From: Candidatus Uhrbacteria bacterium
GTDB taxonomy: Bacteria; Patescibacteriota; Patescibacteriia; UBA9934; GWF2-40-263
Direction of reading: 5' to 3'
Length of the DNA: 64,000 bases
NCBI GenBank assembly: GCA_016188495.1
Contig: JACPHU010000002.1
Location: 111,466-175,465 of the forward strand
Shown here: positions 10,727-19,508 of the stretch, piece by piece
Numbering within the stretch: the first letter of the stretch is position 1
Layout of the letters: every line of letters begins with the position of its first letter
Position numbers and translations under genes: made by a program
The notes under the pieces: generated by a model
Seen by the model: only the letters and a program-made list of their open reading frames with translations
Databases searched by the model: none
What the model was told of the DNA's origin: nothing

Positions 10727-11305
10727 ATGTTTGAGCGCAACCCGCAGAAGTTGTTTCCGCACGATTATCTCATGCGCTATACCTTCATTCCTTTGATTCC
10801 GTCCTTCATTACACCCAACATGGTTACGGTATTCCGGATGGTGATGACTCCCGTAGTACTGTGGTTTCTCTATCTTGAACAGTTCACGATTGGTGTGCCG
10901 CTTTTTTTGTTCGTTGCTTTTACCGACGCACTGGACGGATCACTGGCACGTTTACGCAACCAAATTACCCAGTGGGGGACATTTTATGATCCGCTCGCAG
11001 ACAAGATTCTTATCAGTGCTGTCATTTTGTTAGTGGTGGTCCAGCACGTTAATGTTATTTTCGGGGTGTTGATTCTCGGTATTGAAGCGCTTCTTTTGAT
11101 TGGAGGATGTATTAAAAAAATGAATGGAAAAATAATAGGGGCAAATATTTTTGGCAAAACAAAAATGTTTCTTCAGGTAATTGGAGTATTACTGCTGTTG
11201 ATCGCTCTTTGGGCTGGTTTTGATTTGTTTATCCCACTGTCTGTAGGAACTCTTTCATTGGCGATCGTTTTTGCGGTGATTAGTCTTTTTACCTATGGCC
11301 TCTAA
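10727..11305 (+). CDS. CDP-alcohol phosphatidyltransferase family protein
   Basis: Motif 'DALDGSLARLRNQITQWGTFYDPLADK' matches D-G-x2-A-R-x8-G-x3-D-x3-D. Confidence 0.8.
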   Translation: MFERNPQKLFPHDYLMRYTFIPLIPSFITPNMVTVFRMVMTPVVLWFLYLEQFTIGVPLFLFVAFTDALDGSLARLRNQITQWGTFYDPLADKILISAVILLVVVQHVNVIFGVLILGIEALLLIGGCIKKMNGKIIGANIFGKTKMFLQVIGVLLLLIALWAGFDLFIPLSVGTLSLAIVFAVISLFTYGL

Positions 11306-12926
11306 ACATACAGAGACCTCTGCAAATCGTTGGAGAACAATCGGCATGATGATCGTCGTTAGTTTCTTTTTTCTTGGGAGCTTGATATTAGTGAACCGAT
11401 CCTTTCTTTTTGTTTCTCCAGATGAAACCGCGAATGCGTATTTTGCAGAATTGTTTGCGAACACATTCTCATTTCAAGGTCCTTACATGCCGTTGGCTGA
11501 TCAATTCGATCGTATCCATCCTCGCAGTACAGTGAATAATCATGGGCAACTTTTACCAGGAAGTTTTTTAGGACTTTCTTTTTTATATGGGACGATTTCC
11601 ATTGTGTTTGGAAAATGGGTCTTTTGGATTTTGACACCTCTGATAACCATTCTGACGGCTTATGCGTGCAGGAAATTGATTGCTCAATGGACGAACGAGT
11701 CCATCGGTTTGATCACATCTGTCTTGTTTTTGGTTCATCCCGCCGTCTGGTATTACGCGTCGCGGGGCATGATGCATAATGTGTTGTTTATTGATTTGCT
11801 CATTTTGGCATGTTGGATGTGGGTGGTACGGCCTTTTAATCAGAAATGGTCTTCCTCGATTTTTCTTGATGGGTTTTTTGCAGGGCTCTTTTTAGGTCTT
11901 GCTCTTTTTGTTCGTTCTAATGAAGGTATTTGGATTGCGGTCGTTCTTTTTCTTTCGGGTCTTATTTGGTGGAGATCGCTTTCATGGCGCCCCTTATTGG
12001 CGGGATTGTGCGGATTGTCTTTGGGGGTAGGATTGCTTTTTTTAATGAACACGCTGACGTACGGTCATCCACTAACGACAGGATATACGTTTCATGTTTC
12101 TTCTTTCGCACAGCCTCCCGTGCAACAAGCTGTTGATATGGAGACGTTGGCAGACACGGTAACGGTTCTTCCTTTTGGATTTCATCCTCACACGGCTTGG
12201 CAGCATTTTTCTTCTTACGGCGTTGAGATGTTTTGGTGGCTGAGTCTACTGGTGCTGCCAGGGTTTTTTATTCTCTGGTCACAGAAAGAAAATCGCTGGA
12301 CCGTACGATGGCTGCTCGTTCTTTCCGGATTGGTCAGTATCTGGTTGGTATTGATGTACGGTAGCTGGGAGATTCACGATAATCCTGATCCGACGCAAAT
12401 TACGATGGCCAATTCCTATGTCCGATATTGGCTTGCCTTGTATGTATTTTCAACACCCATGACGGCGGCGTTGGTTTATTGGGTCATGAAGCGTGGCCGA
12501 TCTCTTTTTTCTCAGCGTCTCATTATTGTTTCCACCCTTCTTCTGATCGTTGGATTGAATGTGAGAGCGGTCTTTTTACAAGGCCAAGATGGACTTGTGA
12601 GAATGCGCGATGAATTACAACGATCACAAGAAATTCAAGCCTCTGTGTTGCGATATACCTCTCCCGAAAGCGTTATCGTCGTTGATCGTTCAGATAAGCT
12701 TTTTTTTCCGCATAGACAGGTTTGGTATCCTCTGCGAGAGCAAGCAACATATGAGGCTATGCCCAAGCTCGTGGAAGCAACTCAACTGTATTATTATGGA
12801 ATTACCTTTCCACAAGCAGATATGGGGTATCTCAATACAGATCGCCTTAAACGCATGGATCTTCAAATCGAGTTGATTGAATCATTCGAACACGAATCCC
12901 TTTATCGTATTTTCAGATCGCTATAA
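11295..12926 (+). CDS. GT-C fold glycosyltransferase-like membrane protein (ArnT/PMT-like)
   Basis: First-loop 'DETANAY' acidic motif; multiple TM helices. Confidence 0.6.
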   Translation: MASKHTETSANRWRTIGMMIVVSFFFLGSLILVNRSFLFVSPDETANAYFAELFANTFSFQGPYMPLADQFDRIHPRSTVNNHGQLLPGSFLGLSFLYGTISIVFGKWVFWILTPLITILTAYACRKLIAQWTNESIGLITSVLFLVHPAVWYYASRGMMHNVLFIDLLILACWMWVVRPFNQKWSSSIFLDGFFAGLFLGLALFVRSNEGIWIAVVLFLSGLIWWRSLSWRPLLAGLCGLSLGVGLLFLMNTLTYGHPLTTGYTFHVSSFAQPPVQQAVDMETLADTVTVLPFGFHPHTAWQHFSSYGVEMFWWLSLLVLPGFFILWSQKENRWTVRWLLVLSGLVSIWLVLMYGSWEIHDNPDPTQITMANSYVRYWLALYVFSTPMTAALVYWVMKRGRSLFSQRLIIVSTLLLIVGLNVRAVFLQGQDGLVRMRDELQRSQEIQASVLRYTSPESVIVVDRSDKLFFPHRQVWYPLREQATYEAMPKLVEATQLYYYGITFPQADMGYLNTDRLKRMDLQIELIESFEHESLYRIFRSL

Positions 12927-12931
12927 ATTTT

Positions 12932-14356
12932 TTGATCTTTCCGTTCATGTTTATTCTCCGTTTTCTACAATTAGTGATCATTAGCATTCCTGTCGGATTG
13001 TTTCTTTGGTTGGCAAATCAGTGGTTCGTTCCCTCCGGCGTCTTTAAGATTTCTCACGTTGTTGGAGAGTCTTCGTCCTTTATTGATGAACTTAGACCAG
13101 AAACACGTGTCAGTTCTGTTGAAAAAAATGAGCAAGGGCAATCTGTTCAGTCTGTTTTTGGAGATCCTGTCTTTTTTTTCCTTCACCCGCATCGAGTTTT
13201 TAGCAACATGAATCTGGAAGTCTGGTTTCAAAATGAGGGTCTTCCGTTGATTGAATTAGGCGCGTTGTCAAAGATTCATCCCGAGGTTTATACGCTTACC
13301 CCTCTTCAAAATAGAATTATTGATGATTCTTCGTGGAATCGGCTAGAAAAAAATGGGCTGGTTTTACTTCAGCGCCAACAGATCTACCAATCAGTGGATG
13401 ATTTTTTTGCGAATCCTCCTGAACGAAATCAGGTTGCTGTGTATCGAACCTCGTTTGAAAGCCCGTTTCGGCTTCCTTCGTATCAATCAACAAACAAGAA
13501 GCAGATGATCGATGTTTCTTTGCGGGGACATCATGAATTTAAAACCTATATTAAAAATGAAACTCTTCTTTTTCGCGTCTCCTTTATGGATATGAACCGC
13601 GATGAAGGGGAAGATGTGACGCGTCTGACGGTGTTTAATGAATCGGGTCAGCCTGTTGCCGAAGCTCGCGCAGCCGATGATGGAAACGCAAGTCAGGACG
13701 CCCATGTGGTAGACGGGCTCAGGACGATCGACCTTCGAACAGATGGTTTACCAGAAGGGGTTTATAAAGTCGTGATGGACGCTCCACGTGATATTTTTTT
13801 TCGCAAAGTAGAAACGTCTCAACAGAAAATGGTTTTTTTAAACACGCTTTTTATCGGGGATGAAATCGGCTACCGAGAACCTGGCCAAGGAGCCACATTT
13901 TATACTCAATCGCAGCGACTGCGTTTTCAGACGCGACACGCAGAAGGCGTCCAAACGGTTCTTGCAGGTGACGCGTCTGTGACGATTGCCCAACCGTATG
14001 AGTGGTACACGCTTTCTTTGGACGGACAAGGAGTCCGTTCCGTTACTCTTCCTGCAGGGGATGTAGAAATTGTGACGGAGGGGGGGGTCTCATTTTCAAA
14101 AGAACAGTTTTTTGAACCGGATCCTCCCTCGCTTAACGCCTACGCATCGTTGGATCAAATGGGAGTTGATTATGTGCTCGCGCGTTATACCTCTCCGCAT
14201 AAGGAAGGGGAGTGGTTGGTTGCCAATGTCGAATTTCCTGTGAGTCTTTTGTATACAGACAATCAAACATGGAAATTTAGTTTTTCAACGCCAGGTATTG
14301 AAGAGCTAGATGCCCGTTTTAAGATCCATCAAATCAATGCGTTGCTATATCGCTAG
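12932..14356 (+). CDS. Membrane-anchored hypothetical protein with large extracytoplasmic domain
   Basis: N-terminal TM helix followed by a 440-aa hydrophilic region. Follows the GT-C-like gene. Confidence 0.5.
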   Translation: MIFPFMFILRFLQLVIISIPVGLFLWLANQWFVPSGVFKISHVVGESSSFIDELRPETRVSSVEKNEQGQSVQSVFGDPVFFFLHPHRVFSNMNLEVWFQNEGLPLIELGALSKIHPEVYTLTPLQNRIIDDSSWNRLEKNGLVLLQRQQIYQSVDDFFANPPERNQVAVYRTSFESPFRLPSYQSTNKKQMIDVSLRGHHEFKTYIKNETLLFRVSFMDMNRDEGEDVTRLTVFNESGQPVAEARAADDGNASQDAHVVDGLRTIDLRTDGLPEGVYKVVMDAPRDIFFRKVETSQQKMVFLNTLFIGDEIGYREPGQGATFYTQSQRLRFQTRHAEGVQTVLAGDASVTIAQPYEWYTLSLDGQGVRSVTLPAGDVEIVTEGGVSFSKEQFFEPDPPSLNAYASLDQMGVDYVLARYTSPHKEGEWLVANVEFPVSLLYTDNQTWKFSFSTPGIEELDARFKIHQINALLYR

Positions 14357-14359
14357 CCT

Positions 14360-14722
14360 ATGAAAGGATTTTTTGCTCAAAAAAATTTGATAGAACCATT
14401 AGTTCGAACAGGGTTTTTGACCTCTCTTCTTTTTTATATTCTTTTTTGGTTTACTGATTTTTTGATTCCAGGCTTTGTTTCCCGTTATTTTTCTGTTCAC
14501 CTTTTTCTCCTTACAGCATTGGTTTGCGGTCTCTTATGGTCTCATGTCATTGACACCTATAGACAGCACCCGCAATGGCGGCGTTTTATTGTTTTTTCTT
14601 TGGGGTTTATGTTTGCTCTGTTAACATGGAAGTTCACTTCCGGATTAGGATTTGAACGTTTTTTTCTGGTTATGGTAGTCTTTTTTACTCCAACTCTACT
14701 TTCTTTTTTTCTCAATGAATAA
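14360..14722 (+). CDS. Small 4-TM membrane protein
   Basis: Hydrophobic 120-aa ORF tightly packed between neighbours. Confidence 0.45.
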   Translation: MKGFFAQKNLIEPLVRTGFLTSLLFYILFWFTDFLIPGFVSRYFSVHLFLLTALVCGLLWSHVIDTYRQHPQWRRFIVFSLGFMFALLTWKFTSGLGFERFFLVMVVFFTPTLLSFFLNE

Positions 14723-14724
14723 TT

Positions 14725-15720
14725 ATGAAAATTCTATTAACTGGCGGCGCAGGATTCATGGGATCTAACATGATTCACTATCTCCTTGCTACATACCAAG
14801 ATGTTGAAGTGGTTAATTTTGATGATCTGACCTATGCAGGAAACTTAGAAAGTTTGACCGATATAGCCCAAGATCCGCGTTACACGTTTGTAAAGGGGAA
14901 TATCGTTGACCCTTTAGCTGTGGAGGAGGCTATTGCGGGAGTTGATGTTGTGATTAATTATGCGGCAGAAACTCATGTAGATCGCTCAATTTTGGAACCA
15001 CGCGCGTTTATCGATACCAATGTGTATGGCGTTTACAATATTTTAGAGGCGGTTCGCAAGCACAAGATTCATCGGTATATCCAAATTTCAACCGACGAAG
15101 TATTTGGAGCGGTTCTTGAGGGAGAAAGCGACGAACAATCGAAGTTTGAACCTCGTTCTCCTTACTCCGCGTCCAAAGCCGCAGGGGACCATTTGTGTGC
15201 GGCTTATGCGATCACGTACGGCGTGCCGGTTATTGTTACACATTCCTGTAATTTTTACGGTCCTTATCAGTTTCCCGAAAAGTTGATCCCGCTGTTTACG
15301 ATGAATCTTCTTGAAGGAAAAAAAGTTCCAGTGTATGGAGACGGTCAGCAAGTACGAGAATGGATTTTTACTCAAGATCATTGTCGGGCCGTAGATACCA
15401 TTATGCGAAAAGGCAATCCTGGAGAGGTTTACAATATCGGGACGGGATATCGCGTTCCAAATATGGAGGTCGTTAAACAACTGCTCGATCTCACGGATCG
15501 TGGAGAGGAAGCTATTGAATATGTGACCGATCGTCCAGGACACGATCGTCGATACGCTGTGAATTCAAATAAGTTAAGAACCGAGCTTGGTTGGGAGCCT
15601 CAGGTAAGTTTTGAAGAAGGTCTTGCAAAAACAGTGGAATGGTATAAAAACAATCCAGACTGGGTAAACCGTTGTCGAACAGGGGAATATCAGGAGTATT
15701 ATCAAAAACAATACGGGTAG
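14725..15720 (+). CDS. rfbB: dTDP-glucose 4,6-dehydratase
   Basis: 'MKILLTGGAGFMGSN'; catalytic 'YSASKAAGDHL'; 'TDEVFG'. Confidence 0.9.
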   Translation: MKILLTGGAGFMGSNMIHYLLATYQDVEVVNFDDLTYAGNLESLTDIAQDPRYTFVKGNIVDPLAVEEAIAGVDVVINYAAETHVDRSILEPRAFIDTNVYGVYNILEAVRKHKIHRYIQISTDEVFGAVLEGESDEQSKFEPRSPYSASKAAGDHLCAAYAITYGVPVIVTHSCNFYGPYQFPEKLIPLFTMNLLEGKKVPVYGDGQQVREWIFTQDHCRAVDTIMRKGNPGEVYNIGTGYRVPNMEVVKQLLDLTDRGEEAIEYVTDRPGHDRRYAVNSNKLRTELGWEPQVSFEEGLAKTVEWYKNNPDWVNRCRTGEYQEYYQKQYG

Positions 15721-15772
15721 GACTTTCTCACTTGGCGCATAGCTTTGTCGAAATCTACGTTTTTTGTTCAAT

Positions 15773-15816
15773 CTTCAACAAGTTCAGATTGACCCTGAAT
15801 TTATTGAAGGGTCACT
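15773..15816 (+). repeat. About 45-bp imperfect direct repeat R1 (CTTCAACAAGTTCAG...TTATTGAAGGGTCAC)
   Basis: 15/15 identical start and about 80% identity overall with R2 at 17625-17676. Together they bracket a 1.85 kb segment. Confidence 0.6.
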
Positions 15817-15894
15817 GTATGTGAATACAGCTCACAAAAAGCCTCGATTTCTTCGCGCTCTGCATCCAATTGAGAAAGTCCTAATGAGAATAAA

Positions 15895-15923
15895 TAAAAA
15901 ACCACCCGTTTCAGAGGGTGGTT
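15895..15923 (-). terminator. Terminator of the GC-rich minus-strand gene 15949-16560
   Basis: CCACCC-gtttcaga-GGGTGG with a T-run on the minus strand (A-run on plus). Confidence 0.6.
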
Positions 15924-15948
15924 ACGCCGTGTCTTTAGTGAAAGATTA

Positions 15949-16560
15949 TCAGTGAAAGATCATTGCACAACTGATCCCGGTACTCACGAGAAACATTAGC
16001 GCATGGGCAATGGCCCATTCACTGGGGTTCCAGCTACCTGTATTTTCCGGGGTTACTATTTGATATTCTCGTTCCCCAAAGAATCCTGGCCCTTTCTTGG
16101 TGAGTACCTTTCGTGGAATACAGAGCCTTTTATAAGACCAGAAGAGAATCAGGGAAGTCAGAAAAAAGAATGGGATTCCGACTACTGCACCGAGTAAATC
16201 CTTGGTCAGACCTACAGCATCTTCGCCCATGATTTTCCAGGCGATCATGAGCATGGTGAAGTGTCCGACTTCCGTGTTTCCAAATTTGGTCACTTCACCA
16301 TTGAGAGCGCTGAGCGCTCCGGAGACTCCTTCGCCGATTTCCTTTCCGATGCCGGCATACTTGCCGACCTGCTCCAGGTTGGTGAGTGTTTCTCCGACCT
16401 TGATCTGCGCGATCTGACCTTGGGTCAACTGACTGGCCGGAACCACGTAGGTTTGGGGCGGTTCCGGTGCCTGCTGTTGTCCCAAAGCGGTGGCAGACGC
16501 GAAGGCGAGCATCATCAACACAGCGACGATCATTGAACGGACTCGGGATCTGATCTGCAT
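15949..16560 (-). CDS. Hypothetical secreted/membrane protein (GC-rich island)
   Basis: N-terminal signal-like 'MIVAVLMMLAFASATALG'. A hairpin terminator lies at 15895-15923. Higher GC than flanks. Confidence 0.5.
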   Translation of the reverse strand: MQIRSRVRSMIVAVLMMLAFASATALGQQQAPEPPQTYVVPASQLTQGQIAQIKVGETLTNLEQVGKYAGIGKEIGEGVSGALSALNGEVTKFGNTEVGHFTMLMIAWKIMGEDAVGLTKDLLGAVVGIPFFFLTSLILFWSYKRLCIPRKVLTKKGPGFFGEREYQIVTPENTGSWNPSEWAIAHALMFLVSTGISCAMIFH

Positions 16561-16657
16561 GTTTGCTCCTTGATTCTCCCTTTGTTGTTTACGGACGGTA
16601 ACGGGAGATCGGAGGCTATCTTAAAAAAACTTTTTTGTCAATATTGTTAACAAAATT

Positions 16658-17575
16658 ATGAAAATTCTTATTTTTGGTAAAGGATACATGGGTGAACGCT
16701 GTGCAGGAGTATGGGCAGATGAGGCTGTACTTTCCGACGTTCGTGTAACGTCTGTTGAAGACGCGTTAGCCGAAATTCAGCGTCATCAGCCAGACGTCGT
16801 TTTCAATGCGGCTGGAGTAAAAGGCAAACCCAATGTGGATTGGTGTGAAGACCATCCTCTTGAGACGATTTTGGGAAATACACTGATGCCACTGATGCTC
16901 GCGCATGCCTGCCAACAGGCCGGGGTGTATTTGCTGCACATGGGGTCCGGATGCATTTTTTACGGAGACTCCCATCACGAAGATAAGGCCTGGAAAGAAC
17001 ATGACTTTGGAAATCCGACACCTGTGTATTCGCGCAGCAAGTGGGCGGCGGATTTGGTCCTTACAACTCTGCCGAACGTCGGGGTCGCGCGCATTCGCAT
17101 GCCGATTGACTGGATTCCGTCCCCTGGAAATTTGATCGATAAACTGGCTGGATTCGATAAAGTGATTGACGTAGAGAATTCCGTCACCATCGTTGATGAT
17201 ATGGTCGAGGTGTTTTATCAGCTTCTGGAAAAACGTGCTCCTGGCATTTTCCACGTGACAAACCCTGGAACGATGCGTCATCGAGATTTGATTCAGTTAT
17301 ACGAGGAACTCGTTGATCCGACTCATACGAATGAATGGATTTCAAACGACGAACTCGTCGCTCATGGTCTTGCGACAAGAGGACGATCAAACAATACGTT
17401 AGCCTCCGAAAATTTAACAAAGTTTGGCATCACCATGAGGCCTATTGAAGAAGCTCTGAGGGAAACATTGGAAAAATACGCTGCAGCCAAGAAAGAAGAA
17501 GAGCACGGCTGCGAAAACGGTGACAATTGTTGCGGCGGCGGATGCTGCGGTATGGATGGAGGAGGATGCTGTTAG
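16658..17575 (+). CDS. RmlD-like NAD(P)-dependent sugar-nucleotide reductase/epimerase with unusual Cys/Gly-rich C-terminal tail
   Basis: 'MKILIFGKGYMG' Rossmann motif. 'YSRSK' matches catalytic YxxxK. Tail is 'HGCENGDNCCGGGCCGMDGGGCC'. Confidence 0.65.
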   Translation: MKILIFGKGYMGERCAGVWADEAVLSDVRVTSVEDALAEIQRHQPDVVFNAAGVKGKPNVDWCEDHPLETILGNTLMPLMLAHACQQAGVYLLHMGSGCIFYGDSHHEDKAWKEHDFGNPTPVYSRSKWAADLVLTTLPNVGVARIRMPIDWIPSPGNLIDKLAGFDKVIDVENSVTIVDDMVEVFYQLLEKRAPGIFHVTNPGTMRHRDLIQLYEELVDPTHTNEWISNDELVAHGLATRGRSNNTLASENLTKFGITMRPIEEALRETLEKYAAAKKEEEHGCENGDNCCGGGCCGMDGGGCC

Positions 17576-17589
17576 CGATTTTTCTCCTC

Positions 17590-17622
17590 ATATTCCCTGA
17601 GCGAGGAGTCATCGACGAGTCG
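17590..17622 (+). repeat. 33-nt exact repeat, copy 1 (ATATTCCCTGAGCGAGGAGTCATCGACGAGTCG) just after the stop of the RmlD-like gene
   Basis: Identical 33-mer at 57987-58019. Both copies are preceded by CTCCT. A third, partial copy (19/20 nt) lies on the minus strand at about 6157-6180. Confidence 0.8.
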
Positions 17623-17624
17623 CC

Positions 17625-17676
17625 CTTCAACAAGTTCAGGGTGATCATGAGTTTATCGAATGGTCGAAGGGTGCAG
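17625..17676 (+). repeat. About 50-bp imperfect direct repeat R2 (CTTCAACAAGTTCAG...TTATCGAATGGTCGAAGGGTGCA)
   Basis: See R1. R2 directly follows the 33-nt repeat copy 1. Confidence 0.6.
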
Positions 17677-17800
17677 ACGTGTTTACCCCTTCGACTCCGC
17701 TAGGACAACTTCTTATCGGAGCGATCAATAGAGGTCTGTCCCAAGTATAAAACCGCCAGAGATGGCGATTTTGTTTTGTGTATTTATGTCTGCTCGTTCA

Positions 17801-17829
17801 TTGACGCGAAGAAAACTGGTCGTTATACT
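17801..17829 (+). promoter_or_regulatory. Sigma70-like promoter (TTGACG - 17 nt - TATACT) for the putative TA pair
   Basis: Near-consensus -35 and -10 elements with 17-nt spacing, about 12 nt upstream of the 17841 start. Confidence 0.5.
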
Positions 17830-17840
17830 AAAGTCATAAT

Positions 17841-17993
17841 ATGGCTGAAAAAAATACATCTTATAGCTCTGCCCAGGCCAGGAAGATTGTTGCTGAATAT
17901 ATTGATCAGTCAGCTTTGCGTTTGACCAAGAGATTAAAAAAGGCCTATTCGGAAGAAAAAAAGCAGACCGTCAAAGTTCGGTCGTATGTTTAA
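17841..17993 (+). CDS. Small ORF (50 aa), candidate antitoxin of a type II TA pair
   Basis: Good sigma70-like promoter immediately upstream. Its stop overlaps the start of the next ORF by 8 nt. Confidence 0.3.
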   Translation: MAEKNTSYSSAQARKIVAEYIDQSALRLTKRLKKAYSEEKKQTVKVRSYV

Positions 17994-18336
17994 GATCTAT
18001 TATCGGGAGGCGGTTATTTCGGCTATCACAGGCTTCATTCGTGCATACGAAGAAGCTTTTTTTGAACTCTATCGAGAGAGCGGTTTAGTGACGGAACAAG
18101 AAATCATTGAGAACTATCGACGTTCAGCTCAAAAGTTAAACGAACAGATTTTTTCAGAAATCGAAAACTATTTGAGTGTAAAACAAGTACTCGGAAGGAA
18201 AGAACACAGACAATGGCATGAGTTTACATTTTACGTTGGGAGTCGTTTGATAACAGTTCATTACACGACGAACGATGCGGAAGTATTGAGAATAGTTGAA
18301 ATGATCGGGATTGAGCGAAAGCCGATTATCTTTTAA
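17986..18336 (+). CDS. RelE/ParE/YoeB-superfamily toxin-like protein (116 aa)
   Basis: C-terminal 'SRLITVHYTTNDAEVLRIVEM' resembles the R-x-I-x-Y...V-L-R-I-x-H signature. Overlapping two-gene arrangement. Confidence 0.4.
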   Translation: MFKIYYREAVISAITGFIRAYEEAFFELYRESGLVTEQEIIENYRRSAQKLNEQIFSEIENYLSVKQVLGRKEHRQWHEFTFYVGSRLITVHYTTNDAEVLRIVEMIGIERKPIIF

Positions 18337-18380
18337 TAAAATTGACTTTTTAAAAGGAAAAAGAGTAAAGTCGGCTTACT

Positions 18381-19463
18381 ATGAAAGCTCTTATTGCCGC
18401 AGGGGGTCATGCAACGCGATTGCGACCTATCACATGGACTCACAATAAACATATTATTCCGTTGGCTAATAAGCCAATGCTTTGGTATGTCTTGAAGAAA
18501 ATCACTGATGCAGGGATTAAAGACATTATTATCAATGTCAATCCAGGCGACGTGAAATACATGAGTGACCACTTGGGGGATGGTTCTGAATTCGGGGCTC
18601 ATGTGACCTATTTAGAACAGCGCGGGGGAGCAAAGGGATTAGCTCACGTGGTGGCAAACGCGGAAGAACATCTCAAAGGCGAACGATTTCTTTTTTTCTT
18701 GGGAGACAACATTATTTTGGGAAGCATCAATCAGTTTGTTGATCGGTTTGAACGAGAACAGCTTGATTGTATGATCGCCCTTTCACACGTGAAGGATCCT
18801 CATCGTTTTGGCGTGCCCGAGTTTCATCCAGACGGTACGCTTAAGCGTACCGTGGAAAAACCAAAAGATCCCCCCTCTTCCTTTGCGGTCACGGGGATTT
18901 ACCTTTTTGACGAACAGTTTTTTGATGCGTATAAGACGATCGAGCCATCCGAGCGTGGCGAGTATGAAATTACCGATGTTATTACGTGGTATATCCAAAA
19001 TGGAAAGGTGGGTCATGAAGAAATTACCGGCTGGTGGAAGGATACCGGTACCCCTGACGCGTTGATTGAAGGCAATGCTCTGATTATGGACGATACGCCT
19101 CGCGAAGAATTTTGCGTCCATTGTGAGCCCCATGAGGATGCTCAAATTCAAGGACCTGTTTCTATTGGGGCGGGGACAACGGTTTCTGCGGATTGTCTTA
19201 TTCGTGGACCTGTGGTTATTGGTGAGGGGTGTAAGATCGTTTCCAGTTATATTGGTCCGTATACGTCTATCGGAAACAATGTCGAAATTGTTAATTCAGA
19301 GGTAGAACATTCCATCTTATTTGATGGAGCGAAGATTGATACGACCCGTCGAATTGTGAATAGTTTGATCGGGCTTAACGCTCATCTGGTTGATTGCAAG
19401 CGTTCCCACCCAAAAAGTGGTCACAGACTGATTATCGGTGATAACAGCTTTGTCGAATTATAA
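18381..19463 (+). CDS. Sugar-1-phosphate nucleotidyltransferase (long-form glucose-1-phosphate thymidylyltransferase-like with C-terminal beta-helix)
   Basis: 'AAGGHATRLRPIT' matches the GxGTRLxPxT nucleotidyltransferase motif. Confidence 0.8.
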   Translation: MKALIAAGGHATRLRPITWTHNKHIIPLANKPMLWYVLKKITDAGIKDIIINVNPGDVKYMSDHLGDGSEFGAHVTYLEQRGGAKGLAHVVANAEEHLKGERFLFFLGDNIILGSINQFVDRFEREQLDCMIALSHVKDPHRFGVPEFHPDGTLKRTVEKPKDPPSSFAVTGIYLFDEQFFDAYKTIEPSERGEYEITDVITWYIQNGKVGHEEITGWWKDTGTPDALIEGNALIMDDTPREEFCVHCEPHEDAQIQGPVSIGAGTTVSADCLIRGPVVIGEGCKIVSSYIGPYTSIGNNVEIVNSEVEHSILFDGAKIDTTRRIVNSLIGLNAHLVDCKRSHPKSGHRLIIGDNSFVEL

Positions 19464-19480
19464 GGCACAGGAATAAAAAT

Positions 19481-19508
19481 AAGAGCCATTTGGCTCTTAT
19501 TTTTAGTT
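19481..19508. terminator. Bidirectional terminator between the rmlA-like gene (+) and PEGA gene (-)
   Basis: AAGAGCC-attt-GGCTCTT flanked by A/T runs. Confidence 0.6.
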
